Notes: a model not told the origin generated them from the sequence alone. DNA of 64,000 bases from Alphaproteobacteria bacterium (GCA_046297835.1 JBKBHI010000002.1:7376-71375); one strand, 5' to 3'; counted from the stretch's first letter, positions 52,707 through 62,757 are shown. Numbers and translations: made by a program.

Positions 52707-53801
52707 TCACGTCGCCGCTCTTGGGCCACGCCAACCACCCATGTCGCCATCCCAAGTGGTGACGCGCGGCCCCGGCGCCCGCCCTGTCTCGAGCACTGCC
52801 GCGGCATCGTAGAGGTTCTTGGGCGCAAGATGGACGTACTGCAAGGTCGAGGCGATCGCCTTATGCCCTAGCCACTCCTTAACAGTCAGAACATGCACGC
52901 CATGATGAATGAGCCGCGAGGCACAAGTGTGGCGCAAACAGTGCACTACGAACTCCGGATCATTCGCCAAACCCAAGGCGTGCTGTATCTGCTTCCAGGT
53001 TCGCCGGTAGTATTTGTAGGCATGAGGGAAAAAGCGGTTCTCCGCGCGCCCAGTTGATTTCATTTTTAATATTTGGCGCACTTTGCTTGTCATCGGCACG
53101 ATGCGCGGCTTGTTCGTCTTATTGCGCCAAACGTGAATCACGCCACGCTCAAAATCGACGTCATCTTCCCGCATCGCTAACATTTCCCCGACACGCATTC
53201 CCGTATCCAGCAGAAACCTGACGAAAGCTGGACCGTCACGCCGCGGGTGTGTCGTGAAATAATTGAACATCTTCGCTTCCTCAACCGCAGTGAGATAGCG
53301 GATGCGACCACGGCGGACCCTTTCTCGCGTTATGATCGGAATGGTTGCCGCTCCGCCGCGGGAATAGGCAAACTTGTTAATGCGCGAAAGTGCCGAGAGA
53401 TGCCGATTAATCGTTGAAGCCGACCACTTCATCGTGCGCATGGACTGCACCCAATGATCGACCATATGTGGGGTGATATTCTCAACAAGAGTCAGACGAC
53501 CGAAATAGACCATCGCATTGCGGGCCGCGGCCATTGAATTTCTTCCACCCGGCCGGATCGACCAGTAAAGTTCGGCAACGCGATCGTATGCATTCTCAAG
53601 TGTCCAGGGGCTAACCCCTACTATCGGCACCGGCACGCCAACGTGACACTCGTTGATCAGATCCTCGAGCAAACGCCCTTTGCGAATTTCTGCGAAATAG
53701 AGTGTGGGTTCAATTGCCGTCGCAACATGGCCCCTGAACCGAACTGTTACCTTGAACGAATGATTTTCTCGCGTGATTCCGCGCGGTAATCGATCTTCCA
53801 T
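52707..53801 (-). CDS. int: tyrosine-type site-specific recombinase/integrase
   Basis: C-terminal catalytic region with R...HxxR...Y (HCLRHTCASRLIHHGVHVLTVKEWLGHKAIASTLQYVHL). GC is visibly lower than flanking DNA. Confidence 0.85.
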   Translation of the reverse strand: MEDRLPRGITRENHSFKVTVRFRGHVATAIEPTLYFAEIRKGRLLEDLINECHVGVPVPIVGVSPWTLENAYDRVAELYWSIRPGGRNSMAAARNAMVYFGRLTLVENITPHMVDHWVQSMRTMKWSASTINRHLSALSRINKFAYSRGGAATIPIITRERVRRGRIRYLTAVEEAKMFNYFTTHPRRDGPAFVRFLLDTGMRVGEMLAMREDDVDFERGVIHVWRNKTNKPRIVPMTSKVRQILKMKSTGRAENRFFPHAYKYYRRTWKQIQHALGLANDPEFVVHCLRHTCASRLIHHGVHVLTVKEWLGHKAIASTLQYVHLAPKNLYDAAAVLETGRAPGPRVTTWDGDMGGWRGPRAAT

Positions 53802-53912
53802 TTTTACCTCGATCTTTGAATAGAATGTCGAGGTTAGTGACGCGCGTTATTAGTGGTCGAGCAAAGTCTGCGAAACTTCGCTACCTTGCACAGCGCGCTA
53901 TGCGAAATGTCT

Positions 53913-54602
53913 CTATAGAGCTCGAAACACGAAATTGAAGACGTAGTCTCGATCGCCAAAAGCACGCTGATGTCGAGCCACATCAAACTGCGTGATATCG
54001 CAGCTTTGGCCGTTACTGCTGAATGAGCCGCCATACCCTAAGGGCTTCAGCAGGCTCCAAACCTCAGCTACCGCTCCGGGTTTATGACGATCTTCCGCTT
54101 CTATGATTAAAGCAGGCCGGCAGCGTGCCAAAGTTTCCAGCGCACCCCGCAGGGCCGCCGCCTCATGTCCTTCGATATCGATTTTAAGTAAGGAGACATT
54201 CTCGAAGGCAAAGGAGTCGAGGGTCCGGGTTTCAATCTTGTGCGTGACGCTTTGGTCCTCCGGCCAGCTCTGCTCAACGCTCGCCAGGCCATAAGCCGGC
54301 TGCCCATTGATTAGTGGTACTTTGATCTCGAACTGTCCCGCACGATCGGAAATGCCGAGCTGATGCACAGTAAGGCGGCTAGAAAATCGCTCGCGCAATC
54401 GCGTCGCAAGCTCAGGGATTGGCTCGAAGGCGTGCACTGTCGCGCCCGCGGACTGCATAAAGTAGCTGTAAGCTCCGGCATTGGCGCCGATATCGAGGCA
54501 TAGGGTGCCGGGCTTGGCGAGTTTTGCGGCCAGGCGAATCTCGCGCTCTGACCAATATTTGCGCCAGCACCAAAATCGATAGCGTGCAGACAGCGACATC
54601 AT
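53913..54602 (-). CDS. FkbM-family SAM-dependent methyltransferase
   Basis: CLDIGANAGAYS glycine-rich SAM motif and FkbM-like body. Located between the integrase and the tRNA. Confidence 0.7.
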   Translation of the reverse strand: MMSLSARYRFWCWRKYWSEREIRLAAKLAKPGTLCLDIGANAGAYSYFMQSAGATVHAFEPIPELATRLRERFSSRLTVHQLGISDRAGQFEIKVPLINGQPAYGLASVEQSWPEDQSVTHKIETRTLDSFAFENVSLLKIDIEGHEAAALRGALETLARCRPALIIEAEDRHKPGAVAEVWSLLKPLGYGGSFSSNGQSCDITQFDVARHQRAFGDRDYVFNFVFRAL

Positions 54603-54625
54603 TCAACCAAATATAGGGAAGATGT

Positions 54626-54712
54626 TGGTGCCCCCTTCCGGACTCGAACCGGAACGTCCTTGCGAACCAGGGATTTTAAGTCCCATGCGTCTACCAATTT
54701 CGCCAAGGGGGC
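54626..54712 (-). tRNA. tRNA-Leu: tRNA-Leu (anticodon TAA)
   Basis: The reverse complement folds as an 87-nt class II tRNA. Acceptor GCCCCCT/AGGGGGC plus ACCA, anticodon loop CTTAAAA, long variable arm, and T-arm TCCGG-TTCGAGT-CCGGA. Confidence 0.9.
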
Positions 54713-54806
54713 ATTAAGCCTCAGGCGGATAATCGTGCAAAAAAGCGATTATGGATGACGTTGGACATGGCGAGCATTGTCTGGTCTTTCCTCACCAAAG
54801 GCAAGC

Positions 54807-55427
54807 TCAGCCCTTAGATTTACGCCGCCACTCCCAAGGCGGCTGCACCTCGCCCGCCCAAATCCCGACGCGTGCCGCCCGCGCGCTGTCTTCATCGGCA
54901 ACATAGTCCTTGGCAAATTGCCGATAGGCCATGGCCCAGCCGGATCGCACCAACCAGGCGTTCAAATCTTCTTCGCCCATGCGGCAGATCGCGACAATGC
55001 GCTTGTAGCGATCAATGTCACGCTGCTCACAGGCAATCGGCTGGCGGGCGATGCGCTCAGCCAGCGCTAGGGCTGCGGCCTGACCGCAACGCCACGCTTC
55101 ACCGCTCCGCGTGCAGCTTTGCTTGCTTTCCGGGGCATCGATCCCGTGCAGCCGGATGCGCTGGCCATGCAGATCGAGCGTATCGCCGTCGATCACGCTA
55201 GCTGTGCCTTGAAACACGATCCCATTATGGCTCGACGGTTTAGCAGCGGGCTTGGCCCCTACCTTGGCCAACTGTGCCTCAACGGGGGCGGCCGGCGGCG
55301 TGGCCGGCGCTCGGCTCTCCTGCCAGGCCGCCACACCAGCCCCGATCAATAAAATCAAAATAACGATCAGCCGCACGCCCGGCGGCAGCTGATTAATGAC
55401 GCGGCGCGTCAGTCGGGATCGTCGCAT
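54807..55427 (-). CDS. thermonuclease (staphylococcal-nuclease-like), membrane-anchored or secreted
   Basis: N-terminal TM/signal (VRLIVILILLIGAGVAAW) and SNase motifs (GDTLDL...IRLHGIDAPE...RYGR-like). Confidence 0.75.
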   Translation of the reverse strand: MRRSRLTRRVINQLPPGVRLIVILILLIGAGVAAWQESRAPATPPAAPVEAQLAKVGAKPAAKPSSHNGIVFQGTASVIDGDTLDLHGQRIRLHGIDAPESKQSCTRSGEAWRCGQAAALALAERIARQPIACEQRDIDRYKRIVAICRMGEEDLNAWLVRSGWAMAYRQFAKDYVADEDSARAARVGIWAGEVQPPWEWRRKSKG

Positions 55428-55596
55428 CTTCAAGCTCGTGAATGGCCGCCAGGATCTGACGCCAGAGATGAAAACCATCGCGATCGCCGATCTCGTTGAA
55501 GCGATCGGCGCGCTGGGCCGCTTCCAGGCTGGCGGACGCGCCATGCTGCGTGATCAGCAGCTGTGCGCTACGATAGATGTCGAGGGCGGATGGCAT
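55393..55596 (-). CDS. small conserved hypothetical protein (67 aa) immediately upstream of the thermonuclease
   Basis: Read as MPSALDIYRSAQLLITQHGASA...WRQILAAIHEL. It overlaps the nuclease start by ~35 nt, which suggests translational coupling. Confidence 0.45.
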   Translation of the reverse strand: MPSALDIYRSAQLLITQHGASASLEAAQRADRFNEIGDRDGFHLWRQILAAIHELEDATIPTDAPRH

Positions 55597-55658
55597 GGCT
55601 GCAGTTTAGCGCACGCCTGCATCCGGTCCAGCTTGGGCGCTGAGGCGCCGGGGGGAAT

Positions 55659-56546
55659 ATGACGAGCGATTTGGAGGCCATGGCGGCCGCCCTTGAGGCC
55701 ACAGGCAATTATCGTGTGCTGCGCCACCTGACGCCCCGGTGCAGCGTGACAGCGCCCGATGGTCAGCCGACCAAACTGGCGATCTTTCTTGATCTGGAGA
55801 CGACAGGCCTTGATCCACTCAAAGATGAGGTCATCGAGGTTGCGCTGGTCCCTTTCACTTACGGCGCCGATGGCCGGATCTACGAGATCCTGCCGGCCTT
55901 CGAAGCTCTGCAGCAGCCAAGCCGGCCGATCCCACCCGAGATCACCGAATTGACCGGCCTGACCGACGCGATGGTCGCCGGCCAAACCATCGATCTAGCC
56001 ACCCTGGCTGCCTTTACCGCGCCGGCGGCCTTGATCATCGCCCACAACGCCGCCTTTGATCGGCGCTTTGCCGAGCGTTTGAGCGATGTATTTATCACTA
56101 AGCCGTGGGGTTGTTCCTTGACCCAGGTGCCATGGGCGGCGGAAGGCCTGTCCAGTGGCAAGCTGCACTATCTCGCCTCCGACATGGGCTTTTTCTTCGA
56201 CGGGCATCGCGCCGCACATGATTGCGCCGCTGCCATAGAATTGCTGAGCCGACCCTTGCCTAAAACTGGCCGGCTGGCTTTGCAGTTCTTGCTCGAGGGC
56301 GCGCGCCAGACCAGCCATCGCATCTGGGCGCTTGGCTCCCCTTACGATCTGAAGGACGCGCTCAAGGCGCGCGGCTATCGTTGGAGCGATGGGACCGACG
56401 GTCAACCCAAAGCTTGGTACCGCGATGTCAGCGAGGAAGAACGCGGCACAGAATTAGCCTATCTGCAGCGCGAAATCTATCAGCGCGAGATCGATCTGCC
56501 GGTGCGAGCCATAACCGCTTATGAGCGGTTTTCTGCCCGCGTTTGA
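55659..56546 (+). CDS. DnaQ-like 3'-5' exonuclease (DEDDh) with ~110-aa C-terminal extension
   Basis: Exo I FLDLETTGLD, Exo II IAHNAAFDRRF, and Exo III H...D (HRAAHDCAAA). The C-terminal domain (YRWSDGTDGQPKAWYRDV) is of unknown function. Confidence 0.75.
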   Translation: MTSDLEAMAAALEATGNYRVLRHLTPRCSVTAPDGQPTKLAIFLDLETTGLDPLKDEVIEVALVPFTYGADGRIYEILPAFEALQQPSRPIPPEITELTGLTDAMVAGQTIDLATLAAFTAPAALIIAHNAAFDRRFAERLSDVFITKPWGCSLTQVPWAAEGLSSGKLHYLASDMGFFFDGHRAAHDCAAAIELLSRPLPKTGRLALQFLLEGARQTSHRIWALGSPYDLKDALKARGYRWSDGTDGQPKAWYRDVSEEERGTELAYLQREIYQREIDLPVRAITAYERFSARV

Positions 56547-56600
56547 CACTGGTCCGGCCGCTGATTTTCCGTAACGTGAGTGGTGCAACCAGGTGTGCTT

Positions 56601-57362
56601 TTAGGCACCGCGGCGCTTGCTGACGCGCGCGCGGCCGGCGGTGGCGCCGCCATCGAGGGCGATGATCGCGCCGCTCATGTAGGACGCGGCGTCGGACGCC
56701 AGGAACGAGACGAGATGGGCGACGTCGGCTGATGTGCCGGCGCGCCCGAGGGGGATGTGAGCGGGTTTTTCATCGTCGCCGTCGCGCGCGGCGCGATGGC
56801 GGATGGTGCCGGGGCAGATGCAGTTGACGCGGATGCCATGCGGCCCGGCTTCGAGCGCCAGGGTTTTGGTGAACATGGCGACGGCGGCCTTGGAGGCGGC
56901 ATAGACGCTGCCGCCGGCGTAAGAGAGGATGCCGCTGACCGAGCCGATATTGACGATGCTGCCGCCGCCCTGGCGGCGCATGTGCGGCAAGGCTGCCTGG
57001 CTGCACAGCATGGTGCCGTCCACATTGACGCGGAAGGTCTCGCGCCAGCTGGCGAGGTCGTGGCCCTCGATCATCTCGAACGGATGGGCGGCGGCGTTGT
57101 TGCAGAGCAGGTCGATGCGGCTGAAGGCTTCGACCGCGCCATCGACGGCGGCGCTCGCGCCCTCCGCCGTGCCGATGTCGGCGGCGATGATCTTCACCTG
57201 GCCGCCGAAATCCTTGAGGCTTTCGCGCGCGCGCGCGCAAGCGGCCTCGTCGCGGTCGGCGGCCAGCACGGCCATGCCTTCCCCGGCAAGATGACGCAGG
57301 ATTTCAAGGCCGATGCCTGCGGCCCCGCCCGTCACCACGGCGACTTTGCGAACGTCCGTCAA
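56601..57362 (-). CDS. SDR-family oxidoreductase
   Basis: TGGAAGIG Rossmann, NNAA, and the S...YAASK catalytic triad. Confidence 0.8.
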   Translation of the reverse strand: MTDVRKVAVVTGGAAGIGLEILRHLAGEGMAVLAADRDEAACARARESLKDFGGQVKIIAADIGTAEGASAAVDGAVEAFSRIDLLCNNAAAHPFEMIEGHDLASWRETFRVNVDGTMLCSQAALPHMRRQGGGSIVNIGSVSGILSYAGGSVYAASKAAVAMFTKTLALEAGPHGIRVNCICPGTIRHRAARDGDDEKPAHIPLGRAGTSADVAHLVSFLASDAASYMSGAIIALDGGATAGRARVSKRRGA

Positions 57363-57399
57363 CCAAGCCTCGGGAGGTAACGCGCCCGCCGCCGCATCG

Positions 57400-58356
57400 T
57401 CAGACGGTCACCTGAACGTCGGCGCGATATTTGTCGCACAGGGTCTTCCAACGCTCGGCCTTGCGTTTCTGGGCGGCGTCGACCTCGGGCGGGATCTCCA
57501 GGAACGGCGGGCGCAGCGGGCCCGGATCGACATAGCCGGCGTAGCGGATGGCGATCTTCGCTGCCGTCTCGCGCCAGGACCTGCTCGGGGGAGTGGCACC
57601 GACCGGCGGCACGAGATCGAGGGTAATCTCGGTGGCGCGGGCGATGTCGCCGCGCTTCATCGCATCGCGTAGCGCGAGCTGCGGCCACGGCCCCATCCAG
57701 GCTTCGATCGACCAAAAGCCGCGCGCGCCGACCTGGCCGTAGGTCGCGTACTGCCACTGGTTGCAGAACACGGTCATCTTGCCCCGCGTCATGTCGATTA
57801 GCCGCATGAACTCCGGTGGCTCGCGGTGGCTGTCTTTCATCGCGACGATGCTGGAAATCTTCAGCAATTCCTGCACGATGTCGAGCGTGAGCTTGACGTT
57901 ATGCAGCGGCGGGTTGTGATAGACCATGATGCCGAGCTTGGGGAACAGCTCGGCGATGTCCCGGAAGAACCGCACCGCGTTCTGCGGCGACGACTGGAAA
58001 TAGAACGGCACGCCGATCAGCGCGCCGGCCGCCTTGGTCTTCTCGATGATCCTGAGCTTGGCGATCACTTCGCGCGTGTTCAGGCCCGTCGCGCCGACGA
58101 ACATCGGCACGCGGCGATTGTTGATCTCGGCGGCGGCGCGGGTCAGCGTCTCGAACTCGTTCGGCAGAAGGGTGTGGAACTCGCCGAAGCTGCCGGCGGT
58201 CGCGATCACATCCGCCCCGTCCCCGATCATGCGGTTCAGCCCCTTCTCCAGCCGGTCCAGCGCGATCGTCTCGGTCGCGTGGATGTCCGCCGCGTCGTCG
58301 GTCGCGAAAGCAGGCATCATCGCCATCAACCCCGAAAGGTCGGCGCTGCTAATCAT
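57400..58356 (-). CDS. dihydrodipicolinate synthase/N-acetylneuraminate lyase-family (class I aldolase)
   Basis: DapA-family TIM-barrel features (GSFGEF, VGATG) and a Schiff-base Lys region. Confidence 0.65.
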   Translation of the reverse strand: MISSADLSGLMAMMPAFATDDAADIHATETIALDRLEKGLNRMIGDGADVIATAGSFGEFHTLLPNEFETLTRAAAEINNRRVPMFVGATGLNTREVIAKLRIIEKTKAAGALIGVPFYFQSSPQNAVRFFRDIAELFPKLGIMVYHNPPLHNVKLTLDIVQELLKISSIVAMKDSHREPPEFMRLIDMTRGKMTVFCNQWQYATYGQVGARGFWSIEAWMGPWPQLALRDAMKRGDIARATEITLDLVPPVGATPPSRSWRETAAKIAIRYAGYVDPGPLRPPFLEIPPEVDAAQKRKAERWKTLCDKYRADVQVTV

Positions 58357-58382
58357 GATCGGTCTCCTTTAATGTGGCGCGC

Positions 58383-58976
58383 TTACCAGACGGCAGGCAC
58401 CGGATTGGCCAAAGCATCTTCGAGGTTGTTGGCGCGGATGAATTGCGTGGCAGGGCGCAAGCGTCCGCTAGAGTCGATCTGGTCCATGCCGCAATAAATC
58501 TCGAACTCGTAGCCGTCGGGATCGAGGAAGTTGACGGCATAATTGCATCCTGCGCCCTTGCGTCCTTCGAAGACGATCGGGATGCCGTTGGCTTTGAGAT
58601 AGTCGCGCGCCCGCCGCAGCATGTCGATGTCAGCGATCTCCAGCGCGAGATGCTCGACCTGCAATCCGCCCTCCATATCGCGGTGGGTCTTGGTTTTCGT
58701 CGGCTTCAGGCCGATCGCGTGATGGTCTGCACCGCAGCGCAAGAAAACCATGCCGATCTCGTTGCGGTCGGTGACGTGAAAGCCCATCACGTCGGTCCAG
58801 AAGCGCACAGAGCGCTCCATATCGGTGACTTCATAAACAAGATGGCCGAGCTTGCTCACTTGAATCGGCGAAACGCCGGCATAGCGATCAGGATGACGCG
58901 GCTTCGTCGCAGCCGCGTTGCTACGTTTCTGTTCAGTTTGCTCGCGTGTGTCCAAAGCTAGGCTCCCAAATGACAA
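58383..58976 (-). CDS. VOC-family protein, paralog of 29609-30190
   Basis: GHLVYEVTDMERSVRFWTDVMGF...GADHHAIGL. Near-collinear identity with the 29.6 kb copy. Confidence 0.75.
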   Translation of the reverse strand: MSFGSLALDTREQTEQKRSNAAATKPRHPDRYAGVSPIQVSKLGHLVYEVTDMERSVRFWTDVMGFHVTDRNEIGMVFLRCGADHHAIGLKPTKTKTHRDMEGGLQVEHLALEIADIDMLRRARDYLKANGIPIVFEGRKGAGCNYAVNFLDPDGYEFEIYCGMDQIDSSGRLRPATQFIRANNLEDALANPVPAVW

Positions 58977-58995
58977 GCTCGGCCATGATCAGGCG

Positions 58996-60003
58996 TTATT
59001 TATCCTCGGCTAGGTTCTTGATCCGGGTGATCAAGGCTGGCGACAGTTCCTTATATTCGCTCAGCAAGTCCTGTAGCTTCTCGCCCGACAGAGGATTGAG
59101 GTCGAGCTGGAGTTTTGCGGCCTCCGCGACGGCGACCTGATCAGCCATAGTGGCGTCGAAAGCGCGGCGCAGCAGCGTGAGGCGGTCCTTCTGCATGTTC
59201 GAAGGCCCAAGGATCGTGCGCCCAACGATATCGCCCGACGACAGAACCGCAAGAATGCGCCGGTCCTCCTCGTTCGCTGCAAGCTCCGTCAGCGTCGGAA
59301 CGTTAGGCAAATTGGAACGCCGTTCCGTGCCGATCTGAACCAGCACGCGCAGCTTGTCCTCTGAGATCCAGGTCGGCTGCTGGATCCTAAGCTGGTTGAA
59401 CAGGATGCTGAATGAGCCATCGACTTCCTGGCGCTCCATCGCGAGCTGCGCCGGCTTGGCCCCATAGCCGGAAATCGGCCGGATTTTGGTTCCGACCAAG
59501 GCGTTCAACGCTTTGACATAGAGATCCGAGCCCGACAGAGCCCCGCCGACGGCGACCGTGATCTGCTTGGTTTTCGTTTCTTGGATGCTCTTAACGCCGG
59601 CTGCATGCCAAACGCCGAGAACCGTATCGACGTCGGACAAGCGGCCGATCCAGGAGAATTTGTCGACTTCGAACTGCAGGCCCGGCGTCTCGAGGAGCTG
59701 CATCATGGCGACGCTCTGGCTGACGGTACCGATCGTCGTGCCGTCCTTGGGGGCGACGTTGTAGATGAAATTCGCCGCCCTCAGGCTGCCCGCACCGGGC
59801 ATGTTCTGCACGATGAAGGTGGGGTTGCCCTCGAGATGGCGTCCCATGTGTCGACTCAGGAAGCGGGCGTAGATGTCGTAACCGCCGCCGACTTCATAGC
59901 CGACGATCATATTGATCCGGTCTTTGCTGCTGAACGGTTCGGCTTTGGCCGCGGATACCGCGGCAAACGTAAGACAGAAGGCAAGAATATGCTGCAGCTT
60001 CAT
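58996..60003 (-). CDS. TctC/Bug-family solute-binding protein (third copy)
   Basis: Signal peptide MKLQHILAFCLTFAAVSAAKA plus Bug body. Confidence 0.8.
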   Translation of the reverse strand: MKLQHILAFCLTFAAVSAAKAEPFSSKDRINMIVGYEVGGGYDIYARFLSRHMGRHLEGNPTFIVQNMPGAGSLRAANFIYNVAPKDGTTIGTVSQSVAMMQLLETPGLQFEVDKFSWIGRLSDVDTVLGVWHAAGVKSIQETKTKQITVAVGGALSGSDLYVKALNALVGTKIRPISGYGAKPAQLAMERQEVDGSFSILFNQLRIQQPTWISEDKLRVLVQIGTERRSNLPNVPTLTELAANEEDRRILAVLSSGDIVGRTILGPSNMQKDRLTLLRRAFDATMADQVAVAEAAKLQLDLNPLSGEKLQDLLSEYKELSPALITRIKNLAEDK

Positions 60004-60125
60004 GATTGCTTCCCTGTTATGCGGCGCATTCGCGCCTTGTCATTTCATAAGCATCTGGCCCCCGCGATCGCAATGCGATGCGGGGGACAGACGTCTCGTC
60101 GCTTAGGCGTTTTGCGCTTCGTCGG

Positions 60126-60920
60126 TTAGGCGCTTTTGCGCTCTTGAGCCAGCTTCATCACCGGGCCGCGGCGGCGACCGTCGAGCGAAGGAGCCTTCAG
60201 CCCCGCGGCTTCGAACGCCCAGATACCGACCTGATCGGCCCACATGCAGTAGACATCGATCAGCTGCTCCGCCGCTTCGAGGCAGGCGTCCTGCTGCTCT
60301 TGCGTCGTCGCATACTTCTGCAGGATGGTGATCGGCATGTCGCCATGGCCACCCTCATGGGAGTCGGCCTCCTCGGCGGAATCCCAATGCGCCATATCCT
60401 TATCCGAAAGGCTAAGGCTTTCCCACTGCTTACGCGAGGACTTCGCGCGCTCGCCGATGCGGGCGATCATCTCCTTGCCGCGCGAAACCTCGCTGGCAGT
60501 GATCGCTGCGAAGGCCTCGAGCCACGGACGCTTGCTCGCCCATTCGCAGTAGCCCATGCGCCAGTGCGTGATCGGGGCGCCCTTGTAGCCGTAGACGAAA
60601 TCACGGTCGAGACCGAGGCCGACCGCGAAATCGACGAGGCTTTCGTAGTGGGCAGTGCCTACAGTCGGATCGCGCACTTCCTCGACGAACATGTTCTCGA
60701 TGAGGTACTGACGCACGTCGAGATGCGGGCAGTTGCCCACGATGTTACCGAGCCAGCGCGGGAAATTCGCCGCGAAAACCGAATGTTCCAGCGCGTAGAC
60801 GCGCGCGCCTTCCCGCTTCAGGTTGTTGCGGTTGAATTCCTCGAGGTAAGTGCTGGGAATCCAGCGCTTTTGGCAGACGTCAAGCAGTGCTTGTTTGAAT
60901 TGTTCCGGAGTTCTCGCCAT
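60126..60920 (-). CDS. TenA/PqqC-like (haem-oxygenase-fold) protein
   Basis: All-helical, 264 aa, with TenA/PqqC-type conserved acidic and His residues. Family-level call only. Confidence 0.5.
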   Translation of the reverse strand: MARTPEQFKQALLDVCQKRWIPSTYLEEFNRNNLKREGARVYALEHSVFAANFPRWLGNIVGNCPHLDVRQYLIENMFVEEVRDPTVGTAHYESLVDFAVGLGLDRDFVYGYKGAPITHWRMGYCEWASKRPWLEAFAAITASEVSRGKEMIARIGERAKSSRKQWESLSLSDKDMAHWDSAEEADSHEGGHGDMPITILQKYATTQEQQDACLEAAEQLIDVYCMWADQVGIWAFEAAGLKAPSLDGRRRGPVMKLAQERKSA

Positions 60921-61051
60921 AGCATTTGCCCTGTTGTGCAGATTTGTGTGCGGACAAGCTAGCGCGACAAGGCTAGGCTCGCATTTCTATCTTGATTGAA
61001 ACAGAATTAATCAAAAAGATAATCCATTGGGAAATAAATCGGGAGTCGGAG

Positions 61052-61966
61052 ATGGACCGTTTCAAATTAATGGAGACGTTTATCGCTGTCGCGCAGGCCG
61101 GAAATTACACGCGGGCAGCCTCGGTACTGGGCATCACGGTCGCGATGGTCAGCAAGCGCATGCAGGAATTGGAGGCCGGCCTGGGCGTCAGGCTCCTGAA
61201 CAGGAATACCCACCAATTAAGCCTGACCGATTACGGCGTCGAATATCACAAAGCCTCGTGCGGCATGATCGCGGAGCTCAAATCGATCGAGGAACGGATT
61301 CAGCTCCGCCGGCGCGCGCCACAAGGAGATCTTCGCATCCTGACGACCCGCACCTTTCTCGAGACGGTTCTCGCGCCGATCATCACGGCGTTCTGCGCCA
61401 AATATCCCGAGGTGTCGGTGCAAGTCGTCGAAATGGATCGGGCCCTGGCGCCACATGCAAGCGACCTCGTCTCCGGTGGATTCGACATGGCTATACGCAC
61501 GTTGCGCATCCGAGAGTCGTCGCTGATCGCCCGCGCGCTCATAGCTTCGCCGCAATGTCTCGTGGCCTCGCCAGAATACTTAGAGAAGCACGGCATGCCC
61601 AAAACGCCCCTCGACCTCGCCAATCACAATTGCCTCGACCCAGGCAGCGCTTCCGTCAGCTTCACTTGGGATTTGCACGGCAGCGGCGGGAAAAAGACCG
61701 TGCGCGTCGCCGGCACTCCGCGCACCAACAGCACTGCCTTGGTCTATCGAGCGACGTTGGACGGCCTAGGCATATCGCTGATCAGGCAAGAGCTAGTGGC
61801 GGACGCCCTCGCCGACGGTAGGCTGGTGCGGGTGCTGCCAAACTATGCGATCAGGCCCAAGAAGTTCTTCGTGCTTTACCAGAAGGACCATCTTTTGCCG
61901 CTGCGCATGAAGCTGTTCATCGAATTCCTGATGGCGGAGGTACGCAAGACTCCGCGGAAAGCTTGA
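61052..61966 (+). CDS. LysR-family transcriptional regulator
   Basis: HTH (LMETFIAVAQAGNYTRAASVLGITVAMVSKRMQELEAGLGVRLL) plus a LysR substrate-binding domain. Divergent from the TenA-like gene. Confidence 0.85.
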   Translation: MDRFKLMETFIAVAQAGNYTRAASVLGITVAMVSKRMQELEAGLGVRLLNRNTHQLSLTDYGVEYHKASCGMIAELKSIEERIQLRRRAPQGDLRILTTRTFLETVLAPIITAFCAKYPEVSVQVVEMDRALAPHASDLVSGGFDMAIRTLRIRESSLIARALIASPQCLVASPEYLEKHGMPKTPLDLANHNCLDPGSASVSFTWDLHGSGGKKTVRVAGTPRTNSTALVYRATLDGLGISLIRQELVADALADGRLVRVLPNYAIRPKKFFVLYQKDHLLPLRMKLFIEFLMAEVRKTPRKA

Positions 61967-61971
61967 CGCCC

Positions 61972-62748
61972 CGTGTCAGTCTAACTGCAACTCGTCTCTG
62001 ATATAGTGGCGAGATGCAGCGGATCTCTTATAAAAAGCCACCGCTTCCCGCCGAAAGTTATTCGCCAAGCCGTTTGGCTCTATTTCAAATTCACGTTGAG
62101 CTTGAGCGATCTGGAAGAGATTCTCGCCGAGCGCGGCATTGACGTCTCCTACGAGACGGTCCGGTGCTGGTTGGAGAAATTTGGCGGAGCCATTGCGGCG
62201 AACATTCGCCGATCCCACCCTCGCCCAGTTCTATTAGGCACCTCAATGAAATGGTCGTCAGCGGATGTTCATGTGGCCGACTGTCGACCTGGAGGGCGAG
62301 GTTCTTGACGTCCTGGTTCAGAAGCGCCGCAACAAAGGGAAGCCCTAAAATTGTTGCGAAGTTTTCTGCACAAATAGGGTTGCTCAGCCGGCTGAATCGT
62401 GACCGACGGTCTGGCCTCTTACTGCGCGGCGCTCGAGACTTTAGGCGGCCGCTCACGTCATAGCCCGGGGTGATTTGCGGGACAATACCCGGACCGAGAA
62501 TTCGCATCTCGCGGTGCGCCGGCGAGAGCGCAAGATGCGCGCTTCAAATCTCAGGGCCAAGCTCAGTGCTTTATCGCCACCCATGGCGCCATCTACAATC
62601 TCCTCAACGCTCAGCGTCAGCTGATTTCATGATCAACCCTACGTACCTTCCGGGTTACCGCCATGGATGGATGGATGGCTGCGTCCGCTGCCAGCGCGTG
62701 AGCTCTGCGCTCATAGGCTTCGTGCGGCCTTGGCATTTAACCTGACAA
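61972..62748 (+). mobile_element. degenerate IS6-family insertion sequence (frameshifted transposase, recognisable terminal inverted repeats)
   Basis: Left end cgtgtcagtctaactgc and right end (rc) attgtcaggttaaatgc resemble IS6 IRs. Internal ORF pieces read as IS6 transposase (HRFPPKVIRQAVWLYFKFTLSLSDLEEILAERGIDVSYETVRCW; HLNEMVV; FKSQGQAQCFIATHGAIYNLLNAQRQLIS) in three different frames. Confidence 0.65.
62006..62700 (+). pseudogene. IS6-family transposase pseudogene (multiple frameshifts)
   Basis: N-terminal HTH segment, DDE-region fragment and C-terminal segment lie in different frames. Confidence 0.6.
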
Positions 62749-62757
62749 TCCCGTTTG

